Shown here piece after piece: positions 1-11,916 of a stretch of DNA of 64,000 nt. The notes under the pieces were generated by a model. It did no database searches. It was not told the origin of the DNA and saw only the letters and a list, made by a program, of their open reading frames with translations. Positions within the stretch are counted from its first letter, which is position 1. Each line of letters begins with the position of its first letter. The DNA is from Escherichia coli (GTDB lineage: Bacteria; Pseudomonadota; Gammaproteobacteria; Enterobacterales; Enterobacteriaceae), in NCBI RefSeq assembly GCF_024298765.1, contig NZ_CP101210.1. The stretch is one strand, 5' to 3'. The position numbers and the translations under genes are program-made.

Positions 1-10
1 AACGCACGAG

Positions 11-1189
11 GTGACTATGCGTCTGTTTTCTATTCCTCCGCCCACGCTACTGGCGGGGTTTCTGGCGGTATTAATTGGCTACGCCAGTTCAGCGGCAATA
101 ATCTGGCAAGCAGCGATTGTCGCCGGAGCCACCACTGCACAAATCTCTGGCTGGATGACGGCGCTGGGGCTGGCAATGGGCGTCAGTACGCTGGCTCTGA
201 CATTATGGTATCGCGTACCTGTTCTCACCGCATGGTCAACGCCTGGCGCGGCTTTGTTGGTCACCGGATTACAGGGACTAACACTTAACGAAGCCATCGG
301 CGTTTTTATTGTCACCAACGCGTTAATAGTCCTCTGCGGCATAACGGGACTCTTTGCTCGTCTGATGCGCATTATTCCGCACTCGCTTGCGGCGGCAATG
401 CTTGCCGGGATTTTATTACGCTTTGGTTTAAAGGCGTTTGCGAGCCTGGATGGTCAATTTACGTTGTGTGGCAGTATGTTGCTGGTATGGCTGGCAACCA
501 AGGCCGTTGCGCCGCGCTATGCGGTAATTGCCGCAATGATTATTGGGATCGTCATCGTTATCGCACAAGGTGACGTTGTCACAAATGATGTTGTCTTTAA
601 ACCCGTTCTCCCCACTTATATTACCCCTGATTTTTCGTTTGCTCACAGCCTGAGCGTTGCACTCCCCCTTTTTCTGGCGACGATGGCATCGCAAAACGCA
701 CCGGGTATCGCAGCAATGAAAGCAGCTGGATATTCGGCTCCTGTTTCGCCATTAATTGTGTTTACTGGATTGCTGGCACTGTTTTTTTCCCCTTTCGGCG
801 TTTATTCCGTCGGTATTGCGGCAATCACCGCGGCTATTTGCCAAAGCCCGGAAGCGCATCCGGATAAAGATCAACGTTGGCTGGCCGCTGCCGTTGCCGG
901 CATTTTTTATTTGATCGCAGGTCTGTTTGGTAGTGCCATTACCGGGATGATGGCTGCCCTGCCCGTAAGTTGGATCCAGATGCTGGCAGGTCTTGCGCTG
1001 TTGAGTACCATTGGCGGCAGTTTGTATCAGGCGCTGCATAATGAGCGTGAGCGCGACGCGGCGGTGGTGGCATTTCTGGTAACGGCAAGTGGATTGACGC
1101 TGGTCGGGATTGGTTCTGCGTTCTGGGGATTAATTGCCGGAGGCGTTTGTTACGTGGTGTTGAATTTAATCGCTAACAGAAACCGATAA
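11..1189 (+). CDS. ydcO: BenE-family (benzoate transporter-like) inner membrane protein YdcO
   Basis: 392-aa ORF (GTG start at 11), polytopic hydrophobic protein; length and position convergent with ydcL match E. coli ydcO. Confidence 0.8.
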   Translation: MTMRLFSIPPPTLLAGFLAVLIGYASSAAIIWQAAIVAGATTAQISGWMTALGLAMGVSTLALTLWYRVPVLTAWSTPGAALLVTGLQGLTLNEAIGVFIVTNALIVLCGITGLFARLMRIIPHSLAAAMLAGILLRFGLKAFASLDGQFTLCGSMLLVWLATKAVAPRYAVIAAMIIGIVIVIAQGDVVTNDVVFKPVLPTYITPDFSFAHSLSVALPLFLATMASQNAPGIAAMKAAGYSAPVSPLIVFTGLLALFFSPFGVYSVGIAAITAAICQSPEAHPDKDQRWLAAAVAGIFYLIAGLFGSAITGMMAALPVSWIQMLAGLALLSTIGGSLYQALHNERERDAAVVAFLVTASGLTLVGIGSAFWGLIAGGVCYVVLNLIANRNR

Positions 1190-1195
1190 TAAAAA

Positions 1196-1215
1196 GCGCC
1201 ATCTAACGATGGCGC
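1196..1215. terminator. Bidirectional hairpin between convergent ydcO and ydcL (gcgccatc-taac-gatggcgc)
   Basis: Perfect 8-bp inverted repeat, A-run on one side, sits in the 34-nt gap between two stop codons. Confidence 0.6.
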
Positions 1216-1223
1216 AACTGGTA

Positions 1224-1892
1224 TTACTTTTTGTTAACGTCAAACATGGTGGCATCGGTCGCCATGTCATCAATAACTTGTTTAATATTTTCGAAAGCCA
1301 TTGGCGTACTTTCGTTATTCAGGTCTTTACCTTCGCCCTGACGAACGACTTTGATAACCGGTTTATTAGTCGCTGCATCAATCAGCTCACCTTCAAAATA
1401 CAGGCGAGTATCCATGGTACGGTGGCCCGTCGCCATTTGCGTCCCCGCAACCACTAATGCAACAGGAACCACTTCATAGAATTGCAGCCCTTCTTTGCTG
1501 GTATCTACACCGGTAATGGCCCCACGGAAAATCAGACTACGCGGCCCAGCGGTGGTAACCAGTGGTTTACGCTGCGCAATCGCTTCTTTCATTTCGGTGT
1601 TGGTATAACTCAAAATTTTATCCAGAACTTTCTGCCCTACCTGGGTAGATGGTTTCGGTACCGGATAATAAGTGACTGGGTTCCAGACGATGCTGTCATA
1701 TTTGCTTTGATCAAAACTCGGGTCTACCCAACGTAAAACAGGTTTACCTGTTGCTGAGGTTGTTTCTTTTAAATCAGAGTAATTGTTTAAAAAACCAGAA
1801 TATTTATCTGGCTGGGTGATTTTAGAGGCACAACCAGACAGAGCCAACAAGCCGCATAAAGCTGCAACTTTCGCAATTGATGTGGTACGCAT
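1224..1892 (-). CDS. ydcL: Lipoprotein YdcL
   Basis: 222-aa ORF with lipoprotein signal peptide and lipobox (LALSGC); synteny downstream of tehB. Confidence 0.85.
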   Translation of the reverse strand: MRTTSIAKVAALCGLLALSGCASKITQPDKYSGFLNNYSDLKETTSATGKPVLRWVDPSFDQSKYDSIVWNPVTYYPVPKPSTQVGQKVLDKILSYTNTEMKEAIAQRKPLVTTAGPRSLIFRGAITGVDTSKEGLQFYEVVPVALVVAGTQMATGHRTMDTRLYFEGELIDAATNKPVIKVVRQGEGKDLNNESTPMAFENIKQVIDDMATDATMFDVNKK

Positions 1893-2005
1893 GAATAGTT
1901 TCCTGAGATGATTATATTACTTTCTAAGTTATAGCAAAAAGCGCCGCTTCGTGTTGTGGCAAAAAAAGTGTTGGTGAAAATAAATTTTTTAGCCCCTTTT
2001 CAGAC

Positions 2006-2068
2006 GACATAGTCAATGCCGAAAAAGACATAGTCAATGCCGAAAAAGGGGCTGCCGAAAAAGGGGCT
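2006..2068. repeat. Tandem 21-bp direct repeat (gacatagtcaatgccgaaaaa x2) plus partial third unit, nested in inverted repeat agcccctttt/aaaaggggct
   Basis: Read directly in the tehB-ydcL intergenic region. Confidence 0.85.
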
Positions 2069-2230
2069 AAGTCAATCATCAGTAGTTAAATTTCAGTAAG
2101 TTAAGCTGCTAAAAAATTTCGACTACTGTGATTAATTTCACATCCATTCGATAAAAAATATGCTTACCGAAAAGAAGAACAGTAAACCATCTCAGCGTGG
2201 GGAATTTTCACGCGCCTTGTTCCTAGCGGG

Positions 2231-2824
2231 TCATTTTTTACGTGCCAGCATCGTGGCGAAACGCAGTTTAATACGATTACCGTTGGCGTCGGTGCGGTGC
2301 AGCTCGCCGACGTCTTCATTGTATTTCACCATCTCCCAGCCTTCGTAATATCGACGTAATTCCCCCTCTTTGAAGGCAAACGGGAAGCCGACGGTACATG
2401 GATAATCAGCGGTATCCATCGCCGCCACAATCAGGTTGTAACCGCCAGGTTTAGTGCAACGTTGCATATTGGCAATCAGCCCTGGGATGGTTTTAGCCTC
2501 AAGGAACATCAGCACCACAGTCGAAAGAATAAAATCATACTGTCCATCAAATGTGAGGTTATTCAGATCAACGACCCGGGTGTGTAAATTCTCCAGATTT
2601 TCAATGGATTTAATCCGCTCGACGTTGGCGATACTCATGGCATTTTTATCCCATGCGTCAACATCATAACCATTGGCTGCCAGGTAAAGACTGTTACGAC
2701 CATTGCCACAGCCCAGATCCAGCGTTTTACCCGGTTTAACCACTTTCACCGCTTCCAGCACTTCAGAGTGTGTGCGAGTTAATTCATATTTATCAGTAAA
2801 ATAGTTTTCGTCACGAATGATCAT
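2231..2824 (-). CDS. tehB: Tellurite resistance SAM-dependent methyltransferase TehB
   Basis: 197-aa ORF recognised as TehB ([22 protein letters not shown]..., [14 protein letters not shown] motif); overlaps tehA stop by 4 nt. Confidence 0.95.
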   Translation of the reverse strand: MIIRDENYFTDKYELTRTHSEVLEAVKVVKPGKTLDLGCGNGRNSLYLAANGYDVDAWDKNAMSIANVERIKSIENLENLHTRVVDLNNLTFDGQYDFILSTVVLMFLEAKTIPGLIANMQRCTKPGGYNLIVAAMDTADYPCTVGFPFAFKEGELRRYYEGWEMVKYNEDVGELHRTDANGNRIKLRFATMLARKK

Positions 2825-3813
2825 TCTTTGTCCTCTGCTTTCATTAAAACGGCGCGCTCGGTTCTGATTAACAATTTTCCCTGCATCAGAAGCGCAAAAG
2901 TACGGATGAGCAGTATTGCAATAATAAAATTGGTAAAGATAAACAGCGGCACCGCCAGCGTATGGAAAAATCCATTATCGCTGCCACTCCCCAGATGCAA
3001 ACCGGTGGTTGCCAGTGCAGATACGCCGAACGAGAAACTCCAGAATGAAGCATTAAATGGCTGGGAGAGATACCATGGCATCAGACGTAGCATAAACAGC
3101 AGTTGCAGCAGTCCATAACCGAAAAGCATTTTCGCCAGCGTGTCACCCTCGCCGCCGTTGACGCTCAGCCAGGCACTACAGGCCACCAGCGCAGGAGCGA
3201 GCTGAATGCCGAGTGATGTCCGCAGCGCCGTGGGTAATTCTCCCGAACTGCGCAGACGCTGCAAGATCACAGGTTCAAGGCTTAGCCATGAGAAAACGCC
3301 TGCGCCTAAAAACACCAGACCGGCGTCGGTGTAGCCCAACGCACCACAGGCCATTGCGCTGATAAAGTTGTTGGCAACTGTCGGCAGATACAGTCCAGGC
3401 GTGGTAGCTTCTTCAGGGTGAGATCCGCGCCATAATCCCGCAGTTTGCCAGGCGGCATAAGCCAACTGAACCACGACGCCAAAACTGAACAGGCACACCG
3501 CCAGTGGGCGAAACCACGGAACAAAACCAATCGCCACCAGCATCGTCGTTGCCGGAAACAAACTCACAAAACTGCTCAGCACTGGATGGCGCACTTCCGC
3601 CAGCACGCTATGCGGAAAGCGTATGAGTCGGGTAATAAATGCGCTAGTTAATAATCCCCAGATGATCATCGCCAGAATCACCAGCCCATCCCCTAACCAG
3701 TGGCTGACCTGCCAAACCTGGCTGGCATAGCGCCAGGCAAATCCCATCCCTATCGTCCCCAACACAATACCAAAGTAGCCTGCCGGCAAATTGAGCACTT
3801 TATCGCTCTGCAT
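2821..3813 (-). CDS. tehA: Tellurite resistance / dicarboxylate-transporter family membrane protein TehA
   Basis: ORF 2821..3921; start set at internal Met ([19 protein letters not shown]...) to give the 330-aa TehA. Confidence 0.9.
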   Translation of the reverse strand: MQSDKVLNLPAGYFGIVLGTIGMGFAWRYASQVWQVSHWLGDGLVILAMIIWGLLTSAFITRLIRFPHSVLAEVRHPVLSSFVSLFPATTMLVAIGFVPWFRPLAVCLFSFGVVVQLAYAAWQTAGLWRGSHPEEATTPGLYLPTVANNFISAMACGALGYTDAGLVFLGAGVFSWLSLEPVILQRLRSSGELPTALRTSLGIQLAPALVACSAWLSVNGGEGDTLAKMLFGYGLLQLLFMLRLMPWYLSQPFNASFWSFSFGVSALATTGLHLGSGSDNGFFHTLAVPLFIFTNFIIAILLIRTFALLMQGKLLIRTERAVLMKAEDKE

Positions 3814-3936
3814 CTTCTTACTCATTTTGTTTAATTTATAAAGTATATTTGAAATGCATTTTATGGAATTTTCTCGAGCATAGCCAGAGCCGCAGAATTT
3901 GCTACGGTTATAGTAAGTCACCTGTGGGAAAACGCT

Positions 3937-4917
3937 ATGCGCAAATATCGTCTAAGTGAAGAACAGCGAGCCTTTAGTTATCAGGATGATGGCACTAAAA
4001 AAAGTGTGTTATTACGGCAGATTATCGCCATGAGCGATTTTAACGATGTGATAGCAGAAACCGCTGGCGGCTGGATCGATCGCGAAACGGTGTTAGCACA
4101 GGAAGGAAATTGCTGGATTTACGACCAGAATGCTATTGCGTTCGGCGGAACGGTGATATCCGGGAATACGCGTATCACCGGCACCAGCGTGCTGTGGGGA
4201 GAGGTTTACGCAACGGATAATGTCTGGATCGATAATAGTGAAATCAGCCAAGGTGCATATATAAGTGACAGCGTCACCATTCGTGACTCATTAGTTTGTG
4301 GTCAATGTAGAATATTTGGTCACGCCTTAATTGATCAACATTCTATGATCGTCGCCGCACAAGGCTTAACGCCCGACCATCAACTCCTGCTACAAATTTA
4401 TGATCGCGCAAGGGTTAGCGCCTCGCGTATTGTTCACCAGGCACAAATTTATGGCGATGCCGTCGTCCGGTATGCTTTTATTGAACATCGCGCCGAAGTT
4501 TTTGATTTTGCCAGCGTTGAAGGTAATGAAGAGAACAACGTCTGGCTATGCGATTGCGCTAAAGTCTACGGTCACGCGCAGGTGAAAGCTGGCATAGAAG
4601 AAGATGCCATTCCGACGATTCATTACAGTTCGCAGGTGGCGGAATATGCCATTGTGGAAGGTAATTGTGTGTTAAAACATCATGTCTTGATTGGCGGAAA
4701 TGCCGTGGTACGTGGCGGACCGATTCTGCTCGACGAGCACGTTGTAATACAAGGTGAGAGCCGTATTACAGGTGCGGTGATAATTGAAAAACATGTGGAG
4801 TTAACCGACCACGCCGTCGTTGAAGCCTTTGATGGCGACACGGTTCATGTCCGTGGTCCAAAAGTCATTAACGGCGAGGAGCGCATTACGCGAACGCCGC
4901 TGGCAGGGTTATTGTGA
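3937..4917 (+). CDS. ydcK: Uncharacterized protein YdcK (left-handed beta-helix / hexapeptide-repeat like)
   Basis: 326-aa ORF divergent from tehA; repetitive V/I-x-G pattern; synteny. Confidence 0.8.
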   Translation: MRKYRLSEEQRAFSYQDDGTKKSVLLRQIIAMSDFNDVIAETAGGWIDRETVLAQEGNCWIYDQNAIAFGGTVISGNTRITGTSVLWGEVYATDNVWIDNSEISQGAYISDSVTIRDSLVCGQCRIFGHALIDQHSMIVAAQGLTPDHQLLLQIYDRARVSASRIVHQAQIYGDAVVRYAFIEHRAEVFDFASVEGNEENNVWLCDCAKVYGHAQVKAGIEEDAIPTIHYSSQVAEYAIVEGNCVLKHHVLIGGNAVVRGGPILLDEHVVIQGESRITGAVIIEKHVELTDHAVVEAFDGDTVHVRGPKVINGEERITRTPLAGLL

Positions 4918-5448
4918 ATCGATAATACGCGCGTATAAGTTCACATCATCATAGGCATCATTCAGGAACTCAGCCTGTTTCAGACAACCTTCAAGGATAA
5001 AACCATTGCGCAAAGCGACCTGGTTGCTTTGCGCATTGTCCACCCGACATTTGATCACGAAGCGTCTAAGTTCACCAGACTGAGCGTAATGATGAATCAA
5101 TGCCTGCAGCGCCTGAGAAATGATCCCCTGCCCCTGATAAGATTCGTCCAGCCAGTAGCCAATTTCAGCGGTTTTATTCAGTGGTTCAATACGATTAAAC
5201 GAGATAACGCCGATAAGTTCATCTTCTTTGAAAATCATGAACATTTTGGCATAGCCGCGTTGATGCAACATCACATTACCCTGCACCGTTTTTCGCGTGT
5301 CCTCTTCACTTTGAACAAACTGCGGCCAGTTTAGCGACTGCTGTAACCAGGTTTTATTTTTACAGATTAACTGATAAAGAGGTGTGACGTGATTTTCTGC
5401 AACAGCATGTAATTCAAGTGATTCGCTTACTTTTATCGTTTCAGTCAT
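4909..5448 (-). CDS. rimL: Ribosomal-protein-L7/L12-serine N-acetyltransferase RimL (GNAT)
   Basis: ORF 4909..5463; start set at [16 protein letters not shown] (179 aa); GNAT acetyl-CoA motif [10 protein letters not shown]. Confidence 0.9.
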   Translation of the reverse strand: MTETIKVSESLELHAVAENHVTPLYQLICKNKTWLQQSLNWPQFVQSEEDTRKTVQGNVMLHQRGYAKMFMIFKEDELIGVISFNRIEPLNKTAEIGYWLDESYQGQGIISQALQALIHHYAQSGELRRFVIKCRVDNAQSNQVALRNGFILEGCLKQAEFLNDAYDDVNLYARIIDSQ

Positions 5449-5474
5449 CTTATCTCCAGTCAATCCATGCAGTT

Positions 5475-5501
5475 GTTAAAAAAGCCGCCTGGCTGGCGGC
5501 T
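5475..5501 (-). terminator. Rho-independent terminator after ydcH
   Basis: Hairpin agccgcc-tggctg-ggcggct followed on the minus strand by a U6 run. Confidence 0.7.
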
Positions 5502-5510
5502 TAGGAAAGT

Positions 5511-5735
5511 TTACACCTCTTTGACGCTCTCCTGCTGCAGGATTTTGAGCATCTCATCTTTTAACTGTAGCTTTTGTTTTTTCATGCGGACCACTTCCGC
5601 ATTGTACCCTCGACCGTCGGAACCTTCCTTTCTGGCAATTTCATGATCAAGTTTATTGTGTTTATCGAACAAGGACATAAAGCGAGGATTTTCGTTTTTC
5701 AGACGGGATATTAAATCTCGGTATTCTGGAAACAT
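5511..5735 (-). CDS. ydcH: DUF465-family small protein YdcH
   Basis: 74-aa ORF (MFPEYRDLISRLKNENPRF...), synteny between rimL and opgD. Confidence 0.8.
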   Translation of the reverse strand: MFPEYRDLISRLKNENPRFMSLFDKHNKLDHEIARKEGSDGRGYNAEVVRMKKQKLQLKDEMLKILQQESVKEV

Positions 5736-5874
5736 ACGCACTCCCTGTTAGTGGCTGACAAGGTGTATCTGAAATACACACCATCAGATTACTCATTTAA
5801 CTTAGGGAAAAATGCGAGCGGGATCGTGTTTAACCAGACGGCACCTCCCGAAGAAGGTGCCGAAGAAAAAACGA

Positions 5875-7530
5875 CTAACTCATCACGCGGTCGTCAACAT
5901 ACTGACGTTTATCCGGCGCTGGCGGGAAATACTGATAGAGCCATGTTTCACTGATAGCGTCGCCCTGACAACGCAGATACATCCGCATATCGACCGGATC
6001 AGTGGAGTCCGAAGTCGGATACCAGTCAAACTGAATACGATAACCATCAATGGGTTCAATATAGAGAATTTCGATTTGCTTCGCTTCCCCACTGGAAAGC
6101 GTAATCACCGGCTCAATGCCTTTTGGCGCGGCAGCTTTCAGATCACCACCAACGAAATCGACGGCAAAACGACGCGCCCATTTTTCGGGATAGTGTTCAC
6201 CTGGCGCCCAACCTTCCGGGAAACCGCCCATGCCGGTACGCGTCGCCATAACGCGCGCTAATGGGCAATGAACAGGCGGTTGCGCACTCCAGTACAGACG
6301 ATACTGGAATGCAAACTCATCACCCGCTTTCACAGCTTTTTCTGGCTGCCAGAAGCAGACAATGTTATCCAGCGTTTCGCCCGTTGTTGGGATTTCCATC
6401 AGGCCGATGGTGCCCTTACCCCACTTGTTACGCGGCTCCACCCACAGACTTGGGCGTTTGTTATACCAGCCCATAATGTCCTGATAATGGGAGAAATCAC
6501 GATCCAGTTGCAATAAACCAAACCCTTTCGGGTTGTTGTCGGTGTAAGCATTGAACTGCAATTTTTGCGGATTATTCAGCGGACGACAAATCCACTCGCC
6601 ATTGCCCCGCCACATGGACAGACGATCTGAGTCATGGATTTGCGGATGAATGGTGTCGCACATCCGACGTTCATTAGTACCGCAGCTGAACATGCTGGTC
6701 ATCGGCGCAATGCCCAGCTGTTTAATGTCTTTGCGCGCATACAGGTGATTTTCCACATCCATAATCACCTGACTTTTCTCACAATGGATAGTGAACTTAT
6801 AGGCACCAGTAATGCTGGCGCTATCGAGCAACGCATAAACGGTAAAGGTGGTTGCCCCCGGTTTTACCGTATCAAACCAGAAGTCAGTAAAGTCGGGGAA
6901 CTCTTCTTTACTGTCGGTGTAAGTGTCGATCGCCAGGCCGCGGGCCGACAAACCGTATTGATATGTATCATCAACCGCGCGGAAATAACTCGCGCCGAGG
7001 AATGATACGACATCACGGCGCGCCAGTTCGGGGGCTTTAAACACGCGAAAACCGGCAAAACCGAGATCGCTTTGCCCTTCTAATTGTTTGGTATCAACAC
7101 CCGCATCGTTGTATTTGAACAACTCCGGGCGAAAGTGAATTTCACGCGCCAGATGTGTTGCGGGATCAACAGAAAACATACGAACGCGGCGACGGAATCC
7201 CATTCCCATATGGAAGAACTGAGCGTCCAGTTGACGGTTCTCAACGTTATGCCAGAGCGATTTTTCGGCGTCGTATTGAATACTGTTATAAGCCTGCGGC
7301 GTCATTGTCGCCAGAGTGTCAGGTAACGGACGCGGCGCACCACGCCACGCTGTTTGCGCTAAGTCGTGCGCCATTGACTGTAGAATGGAGAAGTCAAAAC
7401 GTTGGGTTTGCCCGTCGGCAATATCAGAATCTGCCGCGAATGCCGCCTGAGAAAAAAGAGAAGCAATGCCGCTGGTACCGCACACGGCGGCCATAGCCAT
7501 TGAACCTTTAATAAATCGTCTACGATCCAT
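5875..7530 (-). CDS. opgD: Glucans biosynthesis protein D (OpgD/MdoD), Tat-exported periplasmic protein
   Basis: 551-aa ORF with twin-arginine signal [32 protein letters not shown]. Confidence 0.95.
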   Translation of the reverse strand: MDRRRFIKGSMAMAAVCGTSGIASLFSQAAFAADSDIADGQTQRFDFSILQSMAHDLAQTAWRGAPRPLPDTLATMTPQAYNSIQYDAEKSLWHNVENRQLDAQFFHMGMGFRRRVRMFSVDPATHLAREIHFRPELFKYNDAGVDTKQLEGQSDLGFAGFRVFKAPELARRDVVSFLGASYFRAVDDTYQYGLSARGLAIDTYTDSKEEFPDFTDFWFDTVKPGATTFTVYALLDSASITGAYKFTIHCEKSQVIMDVENHLYARKDIKQLGIAPMTSMFSCGTNERRMCDTIHPQIHDSDRLSMWRGNGEWICRPLNNPQKLQFNAYTDNNPKGFGLLQLDRDFSHYQDIMGWYNKRPSLWVEPRNKWGKGTIGLMEIPTTGETLDNIVCFWQPEKAVKAGDEFAFQYRLYWSAQPPVHCPLARVMATRTGMGGFPEGWAPGEHYPEKWARRFAVDFVGGDLKAAAPKGIEPVITLSSGEAKQIEILYIEPIDGYRIQFDWYPTSDSTDPVDMRMYLRCQGDAISETWLYQYFPPAPDKRQYVDDRVMS

Positions 7531-7754
7531 ACCTGAAAGTGAGTCCTTCTGGTGTTGTGAATGGTCCCGCGCTGGTCGTTTTCAGCGGCAAGAAAGTGCT
7601 TATTTATGACCGCTCACTCTAGACAATATTTATTAATAATCCAATTGTTGAACTGAGAGAATATGCATAAATCGGCAATTTTTTTATGTCGATGGGATGA
7701 GCCTGATTCGTTTGTAAAATCAGGCAAATTTTTGCAAAGGCGGATGGTCAGAAT

Positions 7755-9098
7755 TTAAAGCAAACCACAGCGACGTTTACTGCGTTCTTCCGCTTCCTGA
7801 TAAAGCTGGAACTCATCCAAAACCGGGCAGCCCAACGCCTGCTCAAATGCTTCGCGACTGGCATTACCGTGACTGCGTGCCTGCGTTTCATTACCCAGAT
7901 TTGACTGGAAGATCCCCGCCGCGCTAACAGGCAAGAAATCTTCATAGGTAATGGGTTGCGCCACTACCCAACCACGTTCAATTAAGGGCTGTGGATCGTC
8001 TCCGGGATGAATCGCCTGACGATGCGTCTCACCTGAAGGCGTCAGACGGTACCGGAACCATGCCAACCCTTGCTGACGCATTAAAAACTCACTGTCAGGA
8101 AAAGTGCGGAAGGTTTCCTGTAAATGCATTTGGTGAGTGAGATTATCCTGCCCGGTTCCAGCGTTCCGCAGTAGATCATCATACAGTTGTCGTCCTTTCG
8201 GCGTTAATGCCACGCCACGTTGCTCTATTTCACCAAAGCGCGCGGTATGCGTGCCCTGTTTCTGCCCTGCAAACAACACCGTCTCTTCCAGTGCTTTAAA
8301 GCTAGTCTGGCGTAGTAAAATCGGTACCTCGCGGCGCGGCGGCCCTTCGATCAGAATTTTGGGTTCAATTCCGCATTCAGGCATCATCGACTGCACCCGG
8401 TCAATATCCAGCGTGCGTGGCGTCAGGTGGTTGATATGGCATCCAGGAAAACAGACCACATCAGCAATCAACCGATGTTCGTTGTGCAAGGCGCGATAGG
8501 TTTCTTCATCTACCGTTGCTGACTGGTGCCAACGAAACGTTTCCAGGGCTTCCTGCACAAACTCCTGTGCCTGTGTTTCGTTAAAACCGCCCCGCTGCTC
8601 ATATTCCTCTAACAGTTGTCGACAACGTGGGGTGAAGATATCGCGCTGACGCAGAATCTCCGCCGCTTTCTGGCGCAAAATTTCGTTCTCGATAAGCTCA
8701 AGGCGGAGTAATGAAGTAAAAACGCGGAAGGGATTACGCGCCAGAGAAGCATCATCAATGGGCCGAAATGCTGTCGAATGTACCGGCACCCCCGCCTGCG
8801 AGAGATCGTAATAGCTCACCGGGTACATCCCCATAATGGCAAACATCCGCCGAAGAGTAGCAAGCTCTTGTGCAGTCCCAACACGAATCGCCCCATGACG
8901 TTCAACATTCAGTCGCGCCAGCTCGTCTGCATTTACCATTTTTTCGTGCAGTTGAGGATTGTTTTCCAGCACAGCCAGATTCACATCAGCTACCAGTTCC
9001 AGCAGCGTACCGTACTGCGGAACTTCTTGCTGGTACATGGCTGACATTGCCTGCGAAAACTGTTCCCGAATCTCATCCGCCGTGATGCTGTTCGCCAT
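7755..9098 (-). CDS. ydcJ: DUF1338-family protein YdcJ
   Basis: 447-aa ORF, synteny between opgD and ydcI. Confidence 0.85.
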   Translation of the reverse strand: MANSITADEIREQFSQAMSAMYQQEVPQYGTLLELVADVNLAVLENNPQLHEKMVNADELARLNVERHGAIRVGTAQELATLRRMFAIMGMYPVSYYDLSQAGVPVHSTAFRPIDDASLARNPFRVFTSLLRLELIENEILRQKAAEILRQRDIFTPRCRQLLEEYEQRGGFNETQAQEFVQEALETFRWHQSATVDEETYRALHNEHRLIADVVCFPGCHINHLTPRTLDIDRVQSMMPECGIEPKILIEGPPRREVPILLRQTSFKALEETVLFAGQKQGTHTARFGEIEQRGVALTPKGRQLYDDLLRNAGTGQDNLTHQMHLQETFRTFPDSEFLMRQQGLAWFRYRLTPSGETHRQAIHPGDDPQPLIERGWVVAQPITYEDFLPVSAAGIFQSNLGNETQARSHGNASREAFEQALGCPVLDEFQLYQEAEERSKRRCGLL

Positions 9099-9314
9099 AA
9101 TGTCTGCCTCCAGTGGTCAGTAATCTGGAGTGTAGGTAACCGCATTCACTCTGGCGGGAAGAATTTGCAAACTGTGATCTCGCCGCGAAAACATCAATAT
9201 TATCCATTTCGCTGTAACATAATTGCTTTAATTGTTAATAATATTTTGCAATCAAGTTATCATAATCAAACAACTTCACTTGTCAGCGACACCGCTTCGT
9301 TTTTAACATCGCTT

Positions 9315-10238
9315 ATGGAAAAAAATAGTCTGTTTAGTCAGCGCATCCGTTTGCGCCACCTTCATACATTCGTAGCTGTCGCACAACAAGGAACTTTGGG
9401 GCGCGCGGCTGAAACCCTTAATTTGAGTCAACCTGCGCTCTCTAAGACATTGAATGAACTGGAGCAGCTGACGGGCGCTCGCTTGTTTGAGCGTGGTCGT
9501 CAGGGGGCGCAACTTACCTTACCCGGCGAACAATTTTTAACGCATGCAGTCAGAGTTCTTGACGCCATCAACACTGCCGGACAGTCGCTTCATCGTAAAG
9601 AAGGTCTTAATAATGATGTCGTCAGGGTTGGTGCACTACCTACTGCGGCACTGGGGATATTACCTTCGGTTATAGGCCAGTTTCATCAGCAACAAAAAGA
9701 AACGACCTTGCAAGTTGCGACAATGAGTAACCCTATGATTCTGGCGGGTTTGAAAACCGGGGAAATCGATATCGGCATTGGTCGGATGTCAGATCCTGAA
9801 CTGATGACCGGACTTAATTACGAACTGCTGTTTCTTGAATCGCTGAAGCTGGTTGTCCGCCCTGATCATCCGCTACTTCAGGAGAACGTAACGCTAAGCC
9901 GGGTGCTGGAATGGCCGGTCGTTGTATCACCAGAAGGCACTGCGCCACGCCAGCATTCAGATGCATTAGTGCAGAGCCAGGGATGTAAAATTCCTTCGGG
10001 TTGTATCGAAACGCTGTCTGCTTCGCTATCTCGTCAACTTACGGTTGAATACGATTACGTGTGGTTTGTCCCTTCTGGCGCTGTAAAAGACGACCTGCGT
10101 CATGCCACGCTGGTGGCCCTGCCTGTTCCGGGTCATGGTGCAGGCGAACCGATTGGAATACTGACCCGCGTAGATGCGACGTTCTCTTCTGGTTGCCAGT
10201 TGATGATTAACGCTATTCGAAAATCAATGCCGTTCTGA
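9315..10238 (+). CDS. ydcI: LysR-family transcriptional regulator YdcI
   Basis: ORF 9165..10238; start set at MEKNSLFSQRIRLRHLHTFVAVAQ (307 aa) with N-terminal LysR HTH. Confidence 0.85.
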   Translation: MEKNSLFSQRIRLRHLHTFVAVAQQGTLGRAAETLNLSQPALSKTLNELEQLTGARLFERGRQGAQLTLPGEQFLTHAVRVLDAINTAGQSLHRKEGLNNDVVRVGALPTAALGILPSVIGQFHQQQKETTLQVATMSNPMILAGLKTGEIDIGIGRMSDPELMTGLNYELLFLESLKLVVRPDHPLLQENVTLSRVLEWPVVVSPEGTAPRQHSDALVQSQGCKIPSGCIETLSASLSRQLTVEYDYVWFVPSGAVKDDLRHATLVALPVPGHGAGEPIGILTRVDATFSSGCQLMINAIRKSMPF

Positions 10239-10245
10239 AAGGTGA

Positions 10246-10263
10246 AGGGATCTGTCGATCCCT
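10246..10263. terminator. Bidirectional hairpin between convergent ydcI and trg (agggatc-tgtc-gatccct)
   Basis: 7-bp perfect stem between the two stop codons. Confidence 0.55.
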
Positions 10264-10275
10264 CCTTTAACATTT

Positions 10276-11916
10276 TCACACTGTAGCGAAACTAACTGGT
10301 TCACCAGCTCCGCGAGGTTCTGCCGACACAGAATGTTTGTTCAGACGGAATACGTCCACCGCCTCAGTTAATCGTGCCGCCTGTTCTTCAAGGGACACTG
10401 CCGCTGCTGAGGCCTCTTCTACCAGAGAAGCATTCTGTTGCGTCACCTTATCCATTTCAGATATCGCCTGGCTAACCTGCGTTATACCCCTACTTTGCTC
10501 ATCCGAGGCGGCGGCAATTTCCTGCATGATATGTGTGACACTCGCGACGGCATCAACAATAGTGCTCATGGTTTTCCCGGCCGTGGCCACCTCATCCGAT
10601 CCCAGGTCAATTAACCTGACTGATTCACTGATCAAGCCTTCAATCTCTTTCGCCGCCTGAGCGCTGCGGCTTGCGAGTGTCCGTACTTCGCTGGCGACAA
10701 CGGCAAATCCACGCCCTTGCTCACCCGCTCGCGCGGCTTCAACGGCAGCATTCAGTGCCAGAATATTCGTCTGGAAAGCAATACTGTTGATGACGGCGGT
10801 GATCTCAGAAATTTTCTTCGAACTCGTGGAGATAGCGCCCATCGTTTTTACTACACCGGAAACCGTCTGCCCGCCATCGCTGGCTTTAATAGAAGCCTCT
10901 TGCGCCAGTTTGCTGGCATGATGCGCGTTATCCGCATTCTGTTTCACCGTCGCAGTGAGTTGCTCCATGCTGGCGGCAGTTTGTTCGATTGCCGCCGCTT
11001 GTTCTTCGGTGCGAGATGAAAGGTCCGCATTGCCAGCGGAAATTTCGCTGGTGCCACGATAAATCTCTTCCGCACCCTGTCGAACAGTCCCTACTGTCAT
11101 CCCCAGTGAATGCTGCATTTGCTGTAAATGACGACTTAAGCGACCGATTTCATTACGACCCGCCGGTTCATCATTCATCGTCAGATCGCCACTGGCGATT
11201 TTTTCAATCCGTTGTGCGGCATGTTGCAGTGGACGAATGACGATCCGACGTAGCACCATAAATGTTATCAGCGTCATGACCAGGGCAAGCACAAACGCGC
11301 CAATCATGAACATCCCACCCAGGCGGGTGCGCTGATGGGCCAGTTCCGCCAGTTGGTTGGCTCTGGTGCTACGTATCTTAACGGCTTTGCTCAAAATATC
11401 GGTATAAGCATTATCCAGCGGTCGGATCTGCTCACTTTCATGATTGATAATCGCTTCAAACATGCCATTTTTGGCATATTTCAACATAGGTTGCATACCC
11501 GTGATATAAGCCTGGAAGCGTTGATTTAATTCAGTGTCGAGGGCTTCATCAGCAGGTGTTTTCACCGACCGATTCTGATAAGCACGATAACCTTGCTGCG
11601 ACTGTTTAATCTCCGATTCGGCTTGCGCAATATTTCGCTTCATTGATTCCATTTCCGCAATACGACTCGCTGCCCCGGCCTGAATCATATTGATCCGGGC
11701 TGAACGCAAAAAATCTGAACTGTTCGCTAACCCGGTCCGAATCTCAATCTCCGCAGTAACATCACGCTGATCGCGATCGGCCTGCCAGAGGAAATAGCCA
11801 GCCAGAGCAGAACTTAATGCGAATAGAACTAAGATACCGCCAAGAATGCAGGCAAATAACGGAACCAGCCTGATGTGATGCAAAAAACCTAATCGCTGTG
11901 AGGGAGTTGTATTCAT
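10276..11916 (-). CDS. trg: Methyl-accepting chemotaxis protein III (ribose/galactose sensor) Trg
   Basis: 546-aa ORF with N-terminal TM, HAMP region and conserved MCP signalling domain. Confidence 0.95.
   Translation of the reverse strand: MNTTPSQRLGFLHHIRLVPLFACILGGILVLFALSSALAGYFLWQADRDQRDVTAEIEIRTGLANSSDFLRSARINMIQAGAASRIAEMESMKRNIAQAESEIKQSQQGYRAYQNRSVKTPADEALDTELNQRFQAYITGMQPMLKYAKNGMFEAIINHESEQIRPLDNAYTDILSKAVKIRSTRANQLAELAHQRTRLGGMFMIGAFVLALVMTLITFMVLRRIVIRPLQHAAQRIEKIASGDLTMNDEPAGRNEIGRLSRHLQQMQHSLGMTVGTVRQGAEEIYRGTSEISAGNADLSSRTEEQAAAIEQTAASMEQLTATVKQNADNAHHASKLAQEASIKASDGGQTVSGVVKTMGAISTSSKKISEITAVINSIAFQTNILALNAAVEAARAGEQGRGFAVVASEVRTLASRSAQAAKEIEGLISESVRLIDLGSDEVATAGKTMSTIVDAVASVTHIMQEIAAASDEQSRGITQVSQAISEMDKVTQQNASLVEEASAAAVSLEEQAARLTEAVDVFRLNKHSVSAEPRGAGEPVSFATV

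Noticed and set aside
1190-1223. Possible remnant of the IS609 copy that K-12 carries between ydcL and ydcO
   Set aside because: Only a 34-nt spacer with a clean hairpin lies between the two stop codons; no IS-derived sequence is present.
5751-7496. Plus-strand ORFs overlapping opgD (5812..6261, 6634..7005, 7155..7496)
   Set aside because: Antisense to opgD; no independent support.
9099-9314. Extended 357-aa version of ydcI starting at 9165
   Set aside because: The N-terminal 50 residues are AT-rich promoter DNA translated in frame; the LysR HTH begins right after the internal Met at 9315, giving the expected 307-aa protein.
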